A stretch of DNA of 54,515 bases from a virus (Duplodnaviria; Heunggongvirae; Uroviricota; Caudoviricetes): IMG/VR virus record IMGVR_UViG_3300003691_000001, positions 64,001-118,515 of that record; one strand, written 5' to 3'. Positions 25,108 through 32,272 of the stretch are shown here, one piece after another (the stretch's first letter is position 1; the number at the start of each line of letters is the position of its first letter). The notes beneath the pieces are model-generated. The model made no database searches. It saw nothing but the letters and a program-made list of their open reading frames with translations, and was not told where the DNA came from. Both the position numbers and the translations under genes were made by a program.

Positions 25108-25200
25108 TGGCGGAAGAGGAAGGATTTGAACCTTCGGGCCATCCTGTAGACGACCGGTACCTTAGCAGGGCACTGCATTAAACCACTCTGCCACTCTTCC
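25108..25200 (-). tRNA. tRNA-Ser(GCT)
   Basis: GTGCC-CTGCTAA-GGTAC; long variable arm; G73; CCA. Confidence 0.92.
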
Positions 25201-25224
25201 AAATACACTTCTTTAGTGTTTGTT

Positions 25225-25302
25225 TGGTAGGGGTGGCTGGATTCGAACCAAGCGACCAATCGGTTAAAAGCCGACTGCTCTAAACCGCTGAGCTACACCC
25301 CC
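25225..25302 (-). tRNA. tRNA-Lys(TTT)
   Basis: GTCGG-CTTTTAA-CCGAT; CCA. Confidence 0.92.
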
Positions 25303-25358
25303 GTTATACTGTTACTCCGTTTATCGGAGGATATCGAATCTTTCATTATCTTATTCCT

Positions 25359-25387
25359 ATTATGTACACCGTACAGCACGATGTCAA
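25359..25387 (-). promoter_or_regulatory. sigma70-type promoter
   Basis: TTGACA-17nt-CATAAT upstream of tRNA-Lys. Confidence 0.75.
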
Positions 25388-25390
25388 CTA

Positions 25391-25564
25391 TTAAATTGTG
25401 TATTGAAACTCTTCATTCACATACTGATGAATGGCCTGTTCCTTTGTAAGGTTGTACCTTTCTTTGCAGCGCTCTTTAAAATCTACAAGTCTTATCTGCT
25501 TCTCTTCTGGAGTTAAATCATCCCAGGCTTCATTAGCTGCTTTTAACAGTTCTGCCGTTGTCAT
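25391..25564 (-). CDS. 57-aa hypothetical protein within tRNA cluster
   Basis: MTTAELLKAANEAW...; GAGGAG RBS; the track's longer ORF overlaps tRNAs. Confidence 0.7.
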   Translation of the reverse strand: MTTAELLKAANEAWDDLTPEEKQIRLVDFKERCKERYNLTKEQAIHQYVNEEFQYTI

Positions 25565-25578
25565 TTTAACTCCTCTTA

Positions 25579-25653
25579 TGGTGGTCCAGGGTAGAGTTGA
25601 ACTACCGACCCTCCAATTATGAGTTGGGCGCTCTACCATTGAGCTACTGGACC
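25579..25653 (-). tRNA. tRNA-Met/Ile2(CAT)
   Basis: CCCAA-CTCATAA-TTGGA; CCA. Confidence 0.88.
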
Positions 25654-25659
25654 TTTGTA

Positions 25660-25735
25660 TGGTGTGACGACTTGGAGTCGAACCAAGGCAAGCCAGATTC
25701 ACAGTCTGGGTCTCTACCAACCGAGATCCCGCCAC
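25660..25735 (-). tRNA. tRNA-His(GTG), lacking G-1:C73
   Basis: CCAGA-CTGTGAA-TCTGG; 7-bp acceptor, A73, A at -1; CCA. Confidence 0.88.
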
Positions 25736-25742
25736 TTTATTA

Positions 25743-25819
25743 TGGAGCACCAGAAGGGATTTGAACCCCTGCTCTACAAATTATGAGCTTGCTGCATTAG
25801 ACCGCTATGCTACTCGTGC
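25743..25819 (-). tRNA. tRNA-Met/Ile2(CAT)
   Basis: GCAAG-CTCATAA-TTTGT; one G-G mismatch in acceptor stem; CCA. Confidence 0.8.
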
Positions 25820-25825
25820 TTTATC

Positions 25826-25901
25826 TGGAGCCTACGACAGGAATCGAACCCGTGGCATCTTCCTTACAAGGGAAGCGCTCTACCAGCTGAGCTACATAGG
25901 C
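25826..25901 (-). tRNA. tRNA-Thr(TGT)
   Basis: CTTCC-CTTGTAA-GGAAG; CCA. Confidence 0.92.
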
Positions 25902-26135
25902 TGAATCGTTGGTAGCTGCTACCTACCGTATACATACTCGCGCTTATTGCAGGCCTGTACAGGCGCTTCGTAGGTCCTATTACATGTTTAGAGACAGGCT
26001 GAACTCAGTACCGGTCTATTACATCGGAAGGACTGCTTGTCATCTAACTTATCGCTAGGACATTCCCTTCATCTCGCCTACACCTTTTGAGTGTTACGTA
26101 CGCAGCATCGCAGATTTTCTGCTGTCGATATAATT

Positions 26136-26211
26136 TGGCTAGGGAGGTACGACTTGAACGTACAATCGTCACAGTCAAAGTGTGATGCTTCACCAATTAA
26201 GCTACTCCCTA
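26136..26211 (-). tRNA. tRNA-Gln(TTG)
   Basis: TCACA-CTTTGAC-TGTGA; T1-A72; CCA. Confidence 0.9.
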
Positions 26212-26221
26212 TGAATTCTTT

Positions 26222-26311
26222 ACCTTGTACAGGACCCGAACCTACAGCACCCCTTCTTGCAAGTGGACCCTCATAGAGGGCTGTGTTTCCGAAATATTGC
26301 ACCAACAAGGT
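26222..26311 (-). pseudogene. Degenerate tRNA-like element
   Basis: ACCTTGT/ACAAGGT stem, GTAGG-TTCGGGT-CCTGT T-like arm, aberrant central arm, no CCA. Confidence 0.4.
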
Positions 26312-26315
26312 GATT

Positions 26316-26392
26316 TAGTAGCGGGTCCCAGACTCGAACTGGGGATCTCCGGCTTATGAGGCCGACGAGATGACCAACTTCTCCAACCCGCT
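26316..26392 (-). tRNA. tRNA-Met(CAT), initiator-like body
   Basis: AGCGGGTTGGAGAAGTTGGTCATCTCGTCGGCCTCATAAGCC resembles the tRNA-fMet scaffold; 3' end ACTA rather than ACCA. Confidence 0.85.
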
Positions 26393-26403
26393 ATTGTAGC
26401 TAT

Positions 26404-26431
26404 AGCATACGCCAATCTTTACGCATGTCAA
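26404..26431 (-). promoter_or_regulatory. sigma70-type promoter
   Basis: TTGACA-16nt-TATGCT upstream of tRNA-fMet. Confidence 0.6.
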
Positions 26432-26440
26432 TACTTAATA

Positions 26441-26514
26441 TGGACAACCTGGCAGGATTTGAACCTACGTCCAAGGGAAACCCCTATGATTAGCTTTCCA
26501 ACGCATCAGGTTGT
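26441..26514 (-). ncRNA. tRNA-like RNA: canonical T-arm, acceptor stem and CCA, aberrant D and anticodon arms
   Basis: ACAACCTG/CAGGTTGT-CCA; GTAGG-TTCAAAT-CCTGC; central AGGG-GTTT-CCCT hairpin instead of a 7-nt loop. Confidence 0.55.
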
Positions 26515-26519
26515 TTATA

Positions 26520-26598
26520 TGGTCTCCGTAGATGGACTCGAACCACCGACCCCTCCGTCCCAAGCGGAGTGCTCTAAACCAGACTGAGCTACACAGAG
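26520..26598 (-). tRNA. tRNA-Pro(TGG)
   Basis: CTCCG-CTTGGGA-CGGAG; C1-G72; CCA. Confidence 0.92.
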
Positions 26599-26613
26599 TT
26601 ATTACTAATAAAA

Positions 26614-26691
26614 TGGCTGGCAATTTAGGATTCGAACCTAACTCATTCTCGGTTAACAGCCGAGTGCATTCACCTAGAATGCTAATCGCCA
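26614..26691 (-). tRNA. tRNA-Asn(GTT)
   Basis: CTCGG-CTGTTAA-CCGAG; G73; CCA. Confidence 0.92.
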
Positions 26692-26871
26692 AACTGTACT
26701 CTTATGGAATCCCTAATGTAATGGTAAGGGGTGAGTGTAACCTTTTGCATACCAGGGTTGACTATTCCCTGTGGAGTTGTATCGCCGTGACAGTGGAGGT
26801 TTCGAACCACTTTTCTGCCTATAGCTTCGTGCCAGCTCTTACCTGGCCCCATGTAGTCGTATGCAAATTCT

Positions 26872-27048
26872 TTATCCATACCGTTTAATGGTATGTGGAC
26901 CTTCTGCAGCGTGCAACTGGTAATGCTTAGCCTTCAAGTCTTCAATAGCTTCATCTTCAGTCCTGCCAAGCCCTATCTCAGGTGTTCCTGTTAAGTCACA
27001 AAAGTCTGCACAATATATCTCCCCTCTTCGAGAGATAAAGATGTTCAT
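26872..27048 (-). CDS. 58-aa HicB-like protein (not in ORF track)
   Basis: MNIFISRRGEIYCADFCDLTGTPEIGLGRTEDEAIEDLKAKHY...; resembles the HicB N-terminal YxAxxPDLxG...GxTxxEA pattern; ATGA overlap with upstream micro-ORF. Confidence 0.55.
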   Translation of the reverse strand: MNIFISRRGEIYCADFCDLTGTPEIGLGRTEDEAIEDLKAKHYQLHAAEGPHTIKRYG

Positions 27049-27104
27049 TTTTTAACCTTTTTCTTCTTCTTTCGCTTCTTATCTGTAGAAGGGTATTGGG
27101 TCAT
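27045..27104 (-). CDS. 19-aa basic micropeptide MTQYPSTDKKRKKKKKVKK
   Basis: TGATG overlap upstream and ATGA overlap downstream. Confidence 0.45.
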   Translation of the reverse strand: MTQYPSTDKKRKKKKKVKK

Positions 27105-27718
27105 CAGTCTTCTCCTTCTGCGGCTTCAAAGATTATCTCTAAATCTTCTAAGGATATCATACCCTCTTCAGATCCTTTAGCAGCCTTTTTAGCCTTAGCT
27201 TCCGCCTTTTTAAGTTTGGCTTCGTATTTAAGACGATCAGTCTTAGCCTTCTTACGATCGACAGTGAAAGTCTTTATAGGCCCTCCACTGTATACATCTC
27301 CTGAAATGGCCATCTTCACGGCCAATCTTACATCTAGTGGTACTTTCAGTGCCTTCATGGTATTAAGCGAGGTTAGGGCTAAGTCACCTCCGGTACCTAT
27401 TGCATAAGGCTTAGGTAATGGCAGGTAGTGCACATCGGCACCGCTAAAGGCAAATGCTTCTCCAGACTCTTTATCTATACCTATAAGTTGATAGCACGAC
27501 TCTTCAGTGTAGTTTGCAAAGTTAGGCTTATCTTCAGGAACTCGTCCTCCTGTAAGCCAGCTTATCACAGCGTTAGCTTGTGATGCGCAACCTGCAATAC
27601 CTACAAAGCAGTCTCCTAAATCGTAAATCTTCTTCACACCGTAGTGAGGTGTACAACCACCTACCGTCATTTGTGAATCGGATGCAATAGTATCCCCAGC
27701 TATAACTATCGTAGTCAT
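27104..27718 (-). CDS. HslV / proteasome-beta-like Ntn hydrolase
   Basis: N-terminal (M)TTIV, ASDSQMT, KKI, GIAG, AIGTGG, DVYSGG motifs. Confidence 0.75.
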   Translation of the reverse strand: MTTIVIAGDTIASDSQMTVGGCTPHYGVKKIYDLGDCFVGIAGCASQANAVISWLTGGRVPEDKPNFANYTEESCYQLIGIDKESGEAFAFSGADVHYLPLPKPYAIGTGGDLALTSLNTMKALKVPLDVRLAVKMAISGDVYSGGPIKTFTVDRKKAKTDRLKYEAKLKKAEAKAKKAAKGSEEGMISLEDLEIIFEAAEGED

Positions 27719-28407
27719 ACGTCTTCCTCATAAGCTTTTATGATAGCTTTAACGATTCCGCTACGTACAACATCAGATGATGTGAACTCTATTAGTTCTA
27801 TTCCATCAATGTTCTTTAAGCGTTTAGAGGCATCTATGAGTCCAGAACTACCTCCTCCAAACCGTTGACGTGTGTCACCGTTTAGGATCATTTTACTATA
27901 CTTGCCGATACGTGTAAGTATAATGTAGAATTCCATAGGGCTCAGATGTTCAATCTCATCGGCTATGATGATTGAATTATCGTACGTTGAACCCTGTATC
28001 GTACTAATATCCACAAATTCAATGTTACCATTTCTCTCTTGAGATGCAAGCCACCCTTTAGTATAGTGACTTGATATCATCGACCTTATGTGTTTTACAT
28101 AAGGGCTTAATTTCTCTTCTTCAGTTCCTGGAAGAAATCCTAGTCCTTTACCAAGCTGGTTTGTAGGTATTGTTACAACAACCTTCCTGAAGTCCCCTCG
28201 CTGCATAAGCTCACAGGCCCTTAATGTGGCCATGTAGGACTTTCCTACTCCAGCGCATCCTTTAGCTATGATGACTGTACCGCTGTTTATAGCGTCTAAA
28301 TATTCAGCTCCTACTTGTGTAAGGGCTTGTACCGGTTCAGGTGTTTGACTCACAAACTTGTCCTTAACTACCTTGGCTAGTTTATCTTTCTTTTTCAGTT
28401 GAGACAT
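27715..28407 (-). CDS. phoH: PhoH-like ATPase
   Basis: GCAGVGKSY Walker A, LGFLPGT, IIIADE, LTRIG, LNGDTRQ, DVVRSG. Confidence 0.95.
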   Translation of the reverse strand: MSQLKKKDKLAKVVKDKFVSQTPEPVQALTQVGAEYLDAINSGTVIIAKGCAGVGKSYMATLRACELMQRGDFRKVVVTIPTNQLGKGLGFLPGTEEEKLSPYVKHIRSMISSHYTKGWLASQERNGNIEFVDISTIQGSTYDNSIIIADEIEHLSPMEFYIILTRIGKYSKMILNGDTRQRFGGGSSGLIDASKRLKNIDGIELIEFTSSDVVRSGIVKAIIKAYEEDV

Positions 28408-28467
28408 TGTTAGCTCCTAAAGGAGAGAATGCGGGGAATAAGATATTTACCCCCACTCCGTATATAT

Positions 28468-28496
28468 ATACTATAGTATGATCCGTGATCTGTCAA
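28468..28496 (-). promoter_or_regulatory. sigma70-type promoter
   Basis: TTGACA-17nt-TAGTAT upstream of phoH. Confidence 0.7.
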
Positions 28497-28525
28497 CACT
28501 TTATTTACTGACTCCTGTGTAGCCC

Positions 28526-28807
28526 TTACAGTGCGGGGTCTTGTGTAGATATTGAACCTTCTTGCACTATATGCTTAACAATCTCCTCTAATGATGTCAG
28601 CCCCCCTGGAGGCTCATCCATCACAACGTCTGATGCCTCGTTCCTATACCCAATAGGATTAGGGCTATTAAAAGCATACTGTATACCTGTATCCCAGTGC
28701 GGGTCCCTACAGTGCTTACAGAGTTCTTCAAAATCTTCTGTATGTTTGTTCTTAACAGTTAACTCCGTTGGTGTTAATACCTCATTACATCCCATACATC
28801 TGCTCAT
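28526..28807 (-). CDS. Hypothetical protein with Zn-finger (CxxC...CxxC)
   Basis: CMGC...CKHC; coupled to upstream ORF. Confidence 0.65.
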   Translation of the reverse strand: MSRCMGCNEVLTPTELTVKNKHTEDFEELCKHCRDPHWDTGIQYAFNSPNPIGYRNEASDVVMDEPPGGLTSLEEIVKHIVQEGSISTQDPAL

Positions 28808-29133
28808 TCAAAGGGGTCTCCAATATGTTTAAGTTTATAATTCTCTAACAGCACCATTATCTCTGTAGGTATACTATATCGGTCTACAATACTACACCGA
28901 TCTGTATACTTCAAGGTGTATTCAGATGTAAGCTTCATTTTAGGCCTAACAGGCCATTCACATGCTTGATATCCATCCTCCACAGTAGATATACACCGTA
29001 TAGACTTCTCGTTTAACTTCGTTACAAGAGCGTACTTAAGAGCTGCACACCTTCCAAGGTTATAGGCCTGTATTACAAGGTCCCCCACCTCTATCGCCAT
29101 ACCTCTAAGGTCTCTATGTATAACCTCTATCAT
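28804..29133 (-). CDS. Hypothetical protein
   Basis: 109-aa ORF in overlapping operon. Confidence 0.65.
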   Translation of the reverse strand: MIEVIHRDLRGMAIEVGDLVIQAYNLGRCAALKYALVTKLNEKSIRCISTVEDGYQACEWPVRPKMKLTSEYTLKYTDRCSIVDRYSIPTEIMVLLENYKLKHIGDPFE

Positions 29134-29326
29134 ATACCATATCTCTTAAGTATGTAAAATTATTCAACCCTATAAACTCCCACTCTTCAATCTCTGCAGG
29201 GCTCAAAGGTATGTGGGTTCCATTATCCATTATAATAATATCCTTAAGCTCCATTGAGTTTATCTGACTAAGCTCAGATACTACACTACTTATCCAACCC
29301 AAGTCAACAGTCTTTTTAGTAGTCAA
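29114..29326 (-). CDS. Hypothetical protein
   Basis: 70-aa ORF in overlapping operon. Confidence 0.6.
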   Translation of the reverse strand: MTTKKTVDLGWISSVVSELSQINSMELKDIIIMDNGTHIPLSPAEIEEWEFIGLNNFTYLRDMVYDRGYT

Positions 29327-29511
29327 TTCCTCTCCTCCCAGTAATCTTCAATTGAATCAGTATACACTACAGCTTCATTAATGACAAACGAGTTATCATG
29401 AATAGTTACCATCTCTCCATTACACACTGGACACTTAGGTCCAGGAAGTATCTGCTCTACTGAGAACTCCTCTTCACAAAGATCACACTTTGCCACTCTA
29501 TCATCTATCAT
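29323..29511 (-). CDS. Small Zn-ribbon protein
   Basis: CDLC...CPVC. Confidence 0.6.
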   Translation of the reverse strand: MIDDRVAKCDLCEEEFSVEQILPGPKCPVCNGEMVTIHDNSFVINEAVVYTDSIEDYWEERN

Positions 29512-29681
29512 TCCTTAATCCCCGCTCTGTCATAGTTCTTACCTATCTCACTAAGGTATTTCTCCTTCCAATAAGTTATTTCAAGATCCCTGTAATCCCA
29601 AGCTTCCTCTGCAGAAGACATAATACCTTCTGGACCAAATATCTCGGACTGGTTCCACCATGTCTTGAAATCACTGATCAT
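29508..29681 (-). CDS. 57-aa hypothetical protein (not in ORF track)
   Basis: MISDFKTWWNQSEIFG...; ATGA overlap with next gene; GGAGG RBS. Confidence 0.6.
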   Translation of the reverse strand: MISDFKTWWNQSEIFGPEGIMSSAEEAWDYRDLEITYWKEKYLSEIGKNYDRAGIKE

Positions 29682-29853
29682 CGGTACCTCCTCCTAGTTC
29701 CATAAGGATTGCACGTATCTCTGTGAATACCTCCTCAGGGAGACTTACCTCTTCCCCTCGGTAACCCATCACCTTTGAAAGAACATCCTTCAGGGTTTGA
29801 TTATCACCCTGTAGGGCCTTAATCTGTGCCAACTGTGCCATATGCTGTTTCAC
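29671..29853 (-). CDS. Hypothetical protein
   Basis: GTG start with AAGGAGG RBS; first gene after a strong promoter. Confidence 0.65.
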   Translation of the reverse strand: MKQHMAQLAQIKALQGDNQTLKDVLSKVMGYRGEEVSLPEEVFTEIRAILMELGGGTDDQ

Positions 29854-29900
29854 ATTACCTCCTTACCAAATTAATGGTGTATTTAATATAATAATAAGTG

Positions 29901-29929
29901 TTGACATTTTCCGATTACTATGTTACCCT
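29901..29929 (+). promoter_or_regulatory. Plus-strand sigma70-type promoter with no downstream plus-strand gene
   Basis: TTGACA-17nt-TACCCT with TGn extension. Confidence 0.45.
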
Positions 29930-29943
29930 CTACTAACTAATAG

Positions 29944-29972
29944 ATTATATAGTACTTTAACCTTAGTGTCAA
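29944..29972 (-). promoter_or_regulatory. Perfect consensus sigma70 promoter
   Basis: TTGACA-17nt-TATAAT. Confidence 0.85.
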
Positions 29973-30166
29973 TGATTTATTTAATCTTTCTTTTGTAATA
30001 TACATCGCTTCACTCTTACGAGCGAAGCGAGTAAGGGTGTAGGGATGTATATTATTTTCTTTGTCTTTTATGATGGGTATGCTACGTAGTAGGATACACA
30101 GAGTAAAAGATTGTATACTGTACTATGTAGTGCCGGAAGGCACTGTATATGTATACATGTAATCCT

Positions 30167-31633
30167 TTACAAGCAAAGACTCTCAGGTGTACATTTCCCA
30201 GCTACAGACTGTACCTCACTGAAGCTTAACAGCTTTTCACCATTCAAACCTTCATAGTACAAATCTACTAACATATTTATTCTTCCACCGAGATCTTCTT
30301 CGTTAACACACTCTAGCTGTCCATCCTTACCCTCTACAACAGCTAAACGACCTCTCTTCGATACCTTACCAGGGGTAAGCTTACCAACCCCCTCCCAGGC
30401 ATCTGAGCCCTTACGTTTCACAGCTGATAGCTTAAAAGCGAATCCGAGTGTATCTCGATTACATCCGTTCAACAGTGCACCTCCCGATCCAAAACATGTA
30501 TTGTCTAAAGCCCATCCACTTGCTACGACATTCTTGATTAGAATAGGCAATGTGCCTCCGTCTGTCAATATGGACATCCCATCACCTTGGATAGTGGTAA
30601 TGTGAGGAGGTAACTTCTTAAAACCTCGAGTGTTCACAGTGATCTCATTAGGAATGCACTCTTCAATCCAATTCATTACATCGATCACCTTAGAGGTGGC
30701 ATCACCGGAATCAGGTCGTAGTACAATAGTCTTACCTTGCTTCTTGATGATTTCAATCAAGTCTGCACACCCCTTGAAGAAGACTTCCTTTACAAAGTTC
30801 TCATCATCATAAGAGTCGATAACCATTGCCAATCCCCATCCAGGGATAGTACCTTCTGCAAGTGTACCATCAATGTTACCATTGATAAACTTTTCAAGTA
30901 AGCCTCGTACAAACGGTAACTCCTTATCAGCATCCACCAAGGTCATCACAGAGTGGGCAGTTGCACAGATTGTAGCCCCATACACCTTGGTCGTTTCATA
31001 GTCAATCTGTACCTGTCTAACAGCCTTTGTATTATCCGTACCCATGAAGTGTACAAGGTGTCCTTGACCGAGTATGCCAGCAACCTCAAGTGACTGACAA
31101 GCTCTCATTCCAAAATCATTCAGCATGAAGGGGAGCTTATCATCGTTATCGCACGAAGCCATCATCCCATACATGATAGCATGCTTAGCTGCCCAGCTTT
31201 GAGTTGATACAGAACATGGTGCCCATGCATTCAAGAAATAATCTTCAAAAAGACCAACTAACCATGAATACTTAGGGTCGGTGTTAGTGATTTGCAGCAT
31301 AGGAATCCCTGTACGCATCACTGTACCCTCTTCAATGACTTGGATATGCAATGGTAGGGTACCATCTGGATAGTCCACCAGCAGCTCCCTGAAGCCTTGT
31401 ACGTGTGCAGGCATTCCGTAGGACTTAAAGAAGGTTTCATCCTCTGGTGTCATTTCAAAGTCAACACTCCCCTCTAATTCCTGAATTAGCTTTTGGAATC
31501 CAAAGACTGCAGCTACTGCATCTTTTACTCGAGCTTCCATATAGCATGTTGCATATTCAATATCTTCATAGCCCATTAAATAGTGACTACCGATGTAACC
31601 ATCCCAACTGTATAAATTAATACCTTTACCCAT
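30167..31633 (-). CDS. nadV: Nicotinamide phosphoribosyltransferase (NAMPT)
   Basis: SH..Y, LNDFGMRA, HLVHFMGTD, ATAHSVMT, VIDSYD, VLRPDSGD, IQGDG, FGSGGALL, FAFKLS, KVSKRGRL motifs; start set at MGKGINL. Confidence 0.92.
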   Translation of the reverse strand: MGKGINLYSWDGYIGSHYLMGYEDIEYATCYMEARVKDAVAAVFGFQKLIQELEGSVDFEMTPEDETFFKSYGMPAHVQGFRELLVDYPDGTLPLHIQVIEEGTVMRTGIPMLQITNTDPKYSWLVGLFEDYFLNAWAPCSVSTQSWAAKHAIMYGMMASCDNDDKLPFMLNDFGMRACQSLEVAGILGQGHLVHFMGTDNTKAVRQVQIDYETTKVYGATICATAHSVMTLVDADKELPFVRGLLEKFINGNIDGTLAEGTIPGWGLAMVIDSYDDENFVKEVFFKGCADLIEIIKKQGKTIVLRPDSGDATSKVIDVMNWIEECIPNEITVNTRGFKKLPPHITTIQGDGMSILTDGGTLPILIKNVVASGWALDNTCFGSGGALLNGCNRDTLGFAFKLSAVKRKGSDAWEGVGKLTPGKVSKRGRLAVVEGKDGQLECVNEEDLGGRINMLVDLYYEGLNGEKLLSFSEVQSVAGKCTPESLCL

Positions 31634-31655
31634 CCCTATTCTCCTATTAAATAAT

Positions 31656-31964
31656 TTATTCTTTCTCCAACTCTGAAAGAGCCAGTTTTGTATTCTGCAC
31701 TTCTTTCTCCTGAGTTGCAAGCTTTTCCTTCATCTTTTTAACAATGCGTAAGTACTCTGCATGCTCTTCAGTAAACCTTTCTACAAAGTACTCTGGAAGA
31801 TTCTCTTCATACACCTCCCCTGTAACCCCAGGAATGGTGTATATAGGATCTTCACTCCTATAGTACACACTTACCTTATATCTGTCAAACAACTCTTGAG
31901 CAGCAGCTACATCCTTTCTCAGGGCATCCTTTGCAGCCCAGTACTCCCCATTGGTCATAATCAT
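31656..31964 (-). CDS. Hypothetical protein
   Basis: 102-aa ORF in operon. Confidence 0.6.
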   Translation of the reverse strand: MIMTNGEYWAAKDALRKDVAAAQELFDRYKVSVYYRSEDPIYTIPGVTGEVYEENLPEYFVERFTEEHAEYLRIVKKMKEKLATQEKEVQNTKLALSELEKE

Positions 31965-32272
31965 AGTTCCAGACCCATCTTACGCTTTTGTTCAAGGACT
32001 CCTTTCGCAGCTGCAGCTACACGGCTACCAGCCGCTGCTTGGTACTTAGTAGCCTTAGATAACTCCTCTTGTGCAACCCTCATAACCTCTTCTGCTGTTA
32101 GTAGGTTATCCCTTTCTTTCACATCCAATGCATTAAGTAATCCACTTATGTTAAAAGACCCGCTGTAACCTTTTATAGAATACCTGTATGCACTCATACC
32201 TGGATTATGTACGATAGACATCTCTATTCCGTAACTTGCAATAAGCTCCAGTGCCTTCTTTAATTCATCCAT
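31961..32272 (-). CDS. Hypothetical protein
   Basis: 103-aa ORF in operon. Confidence 0.6.
   Translation of the reverse strand: MDELKKALELIASYGIEMSIVHNPGMSAYRYSIKGYSGSFNISGLLNALDVKERDNLLTAEEVMRVAQEELSKATKYQAAAGSRVAAAAKGVLEQKRKMGLEL

Noticed and set aside
25910-26130. tmRNA or RNase P RNA
   Set aside because: No tRNA-Ala-like T-arm/acceptor or tag ORF, and no RNase P conserved regions; kept only as an unnamed ncRNA candidate.
24649-26888. Track ORFs across the tRNA array (24649, 25038, 26078, 26465, 26532, 26682)
   Set aside because: They translate tRNA or structured RNA sequence.
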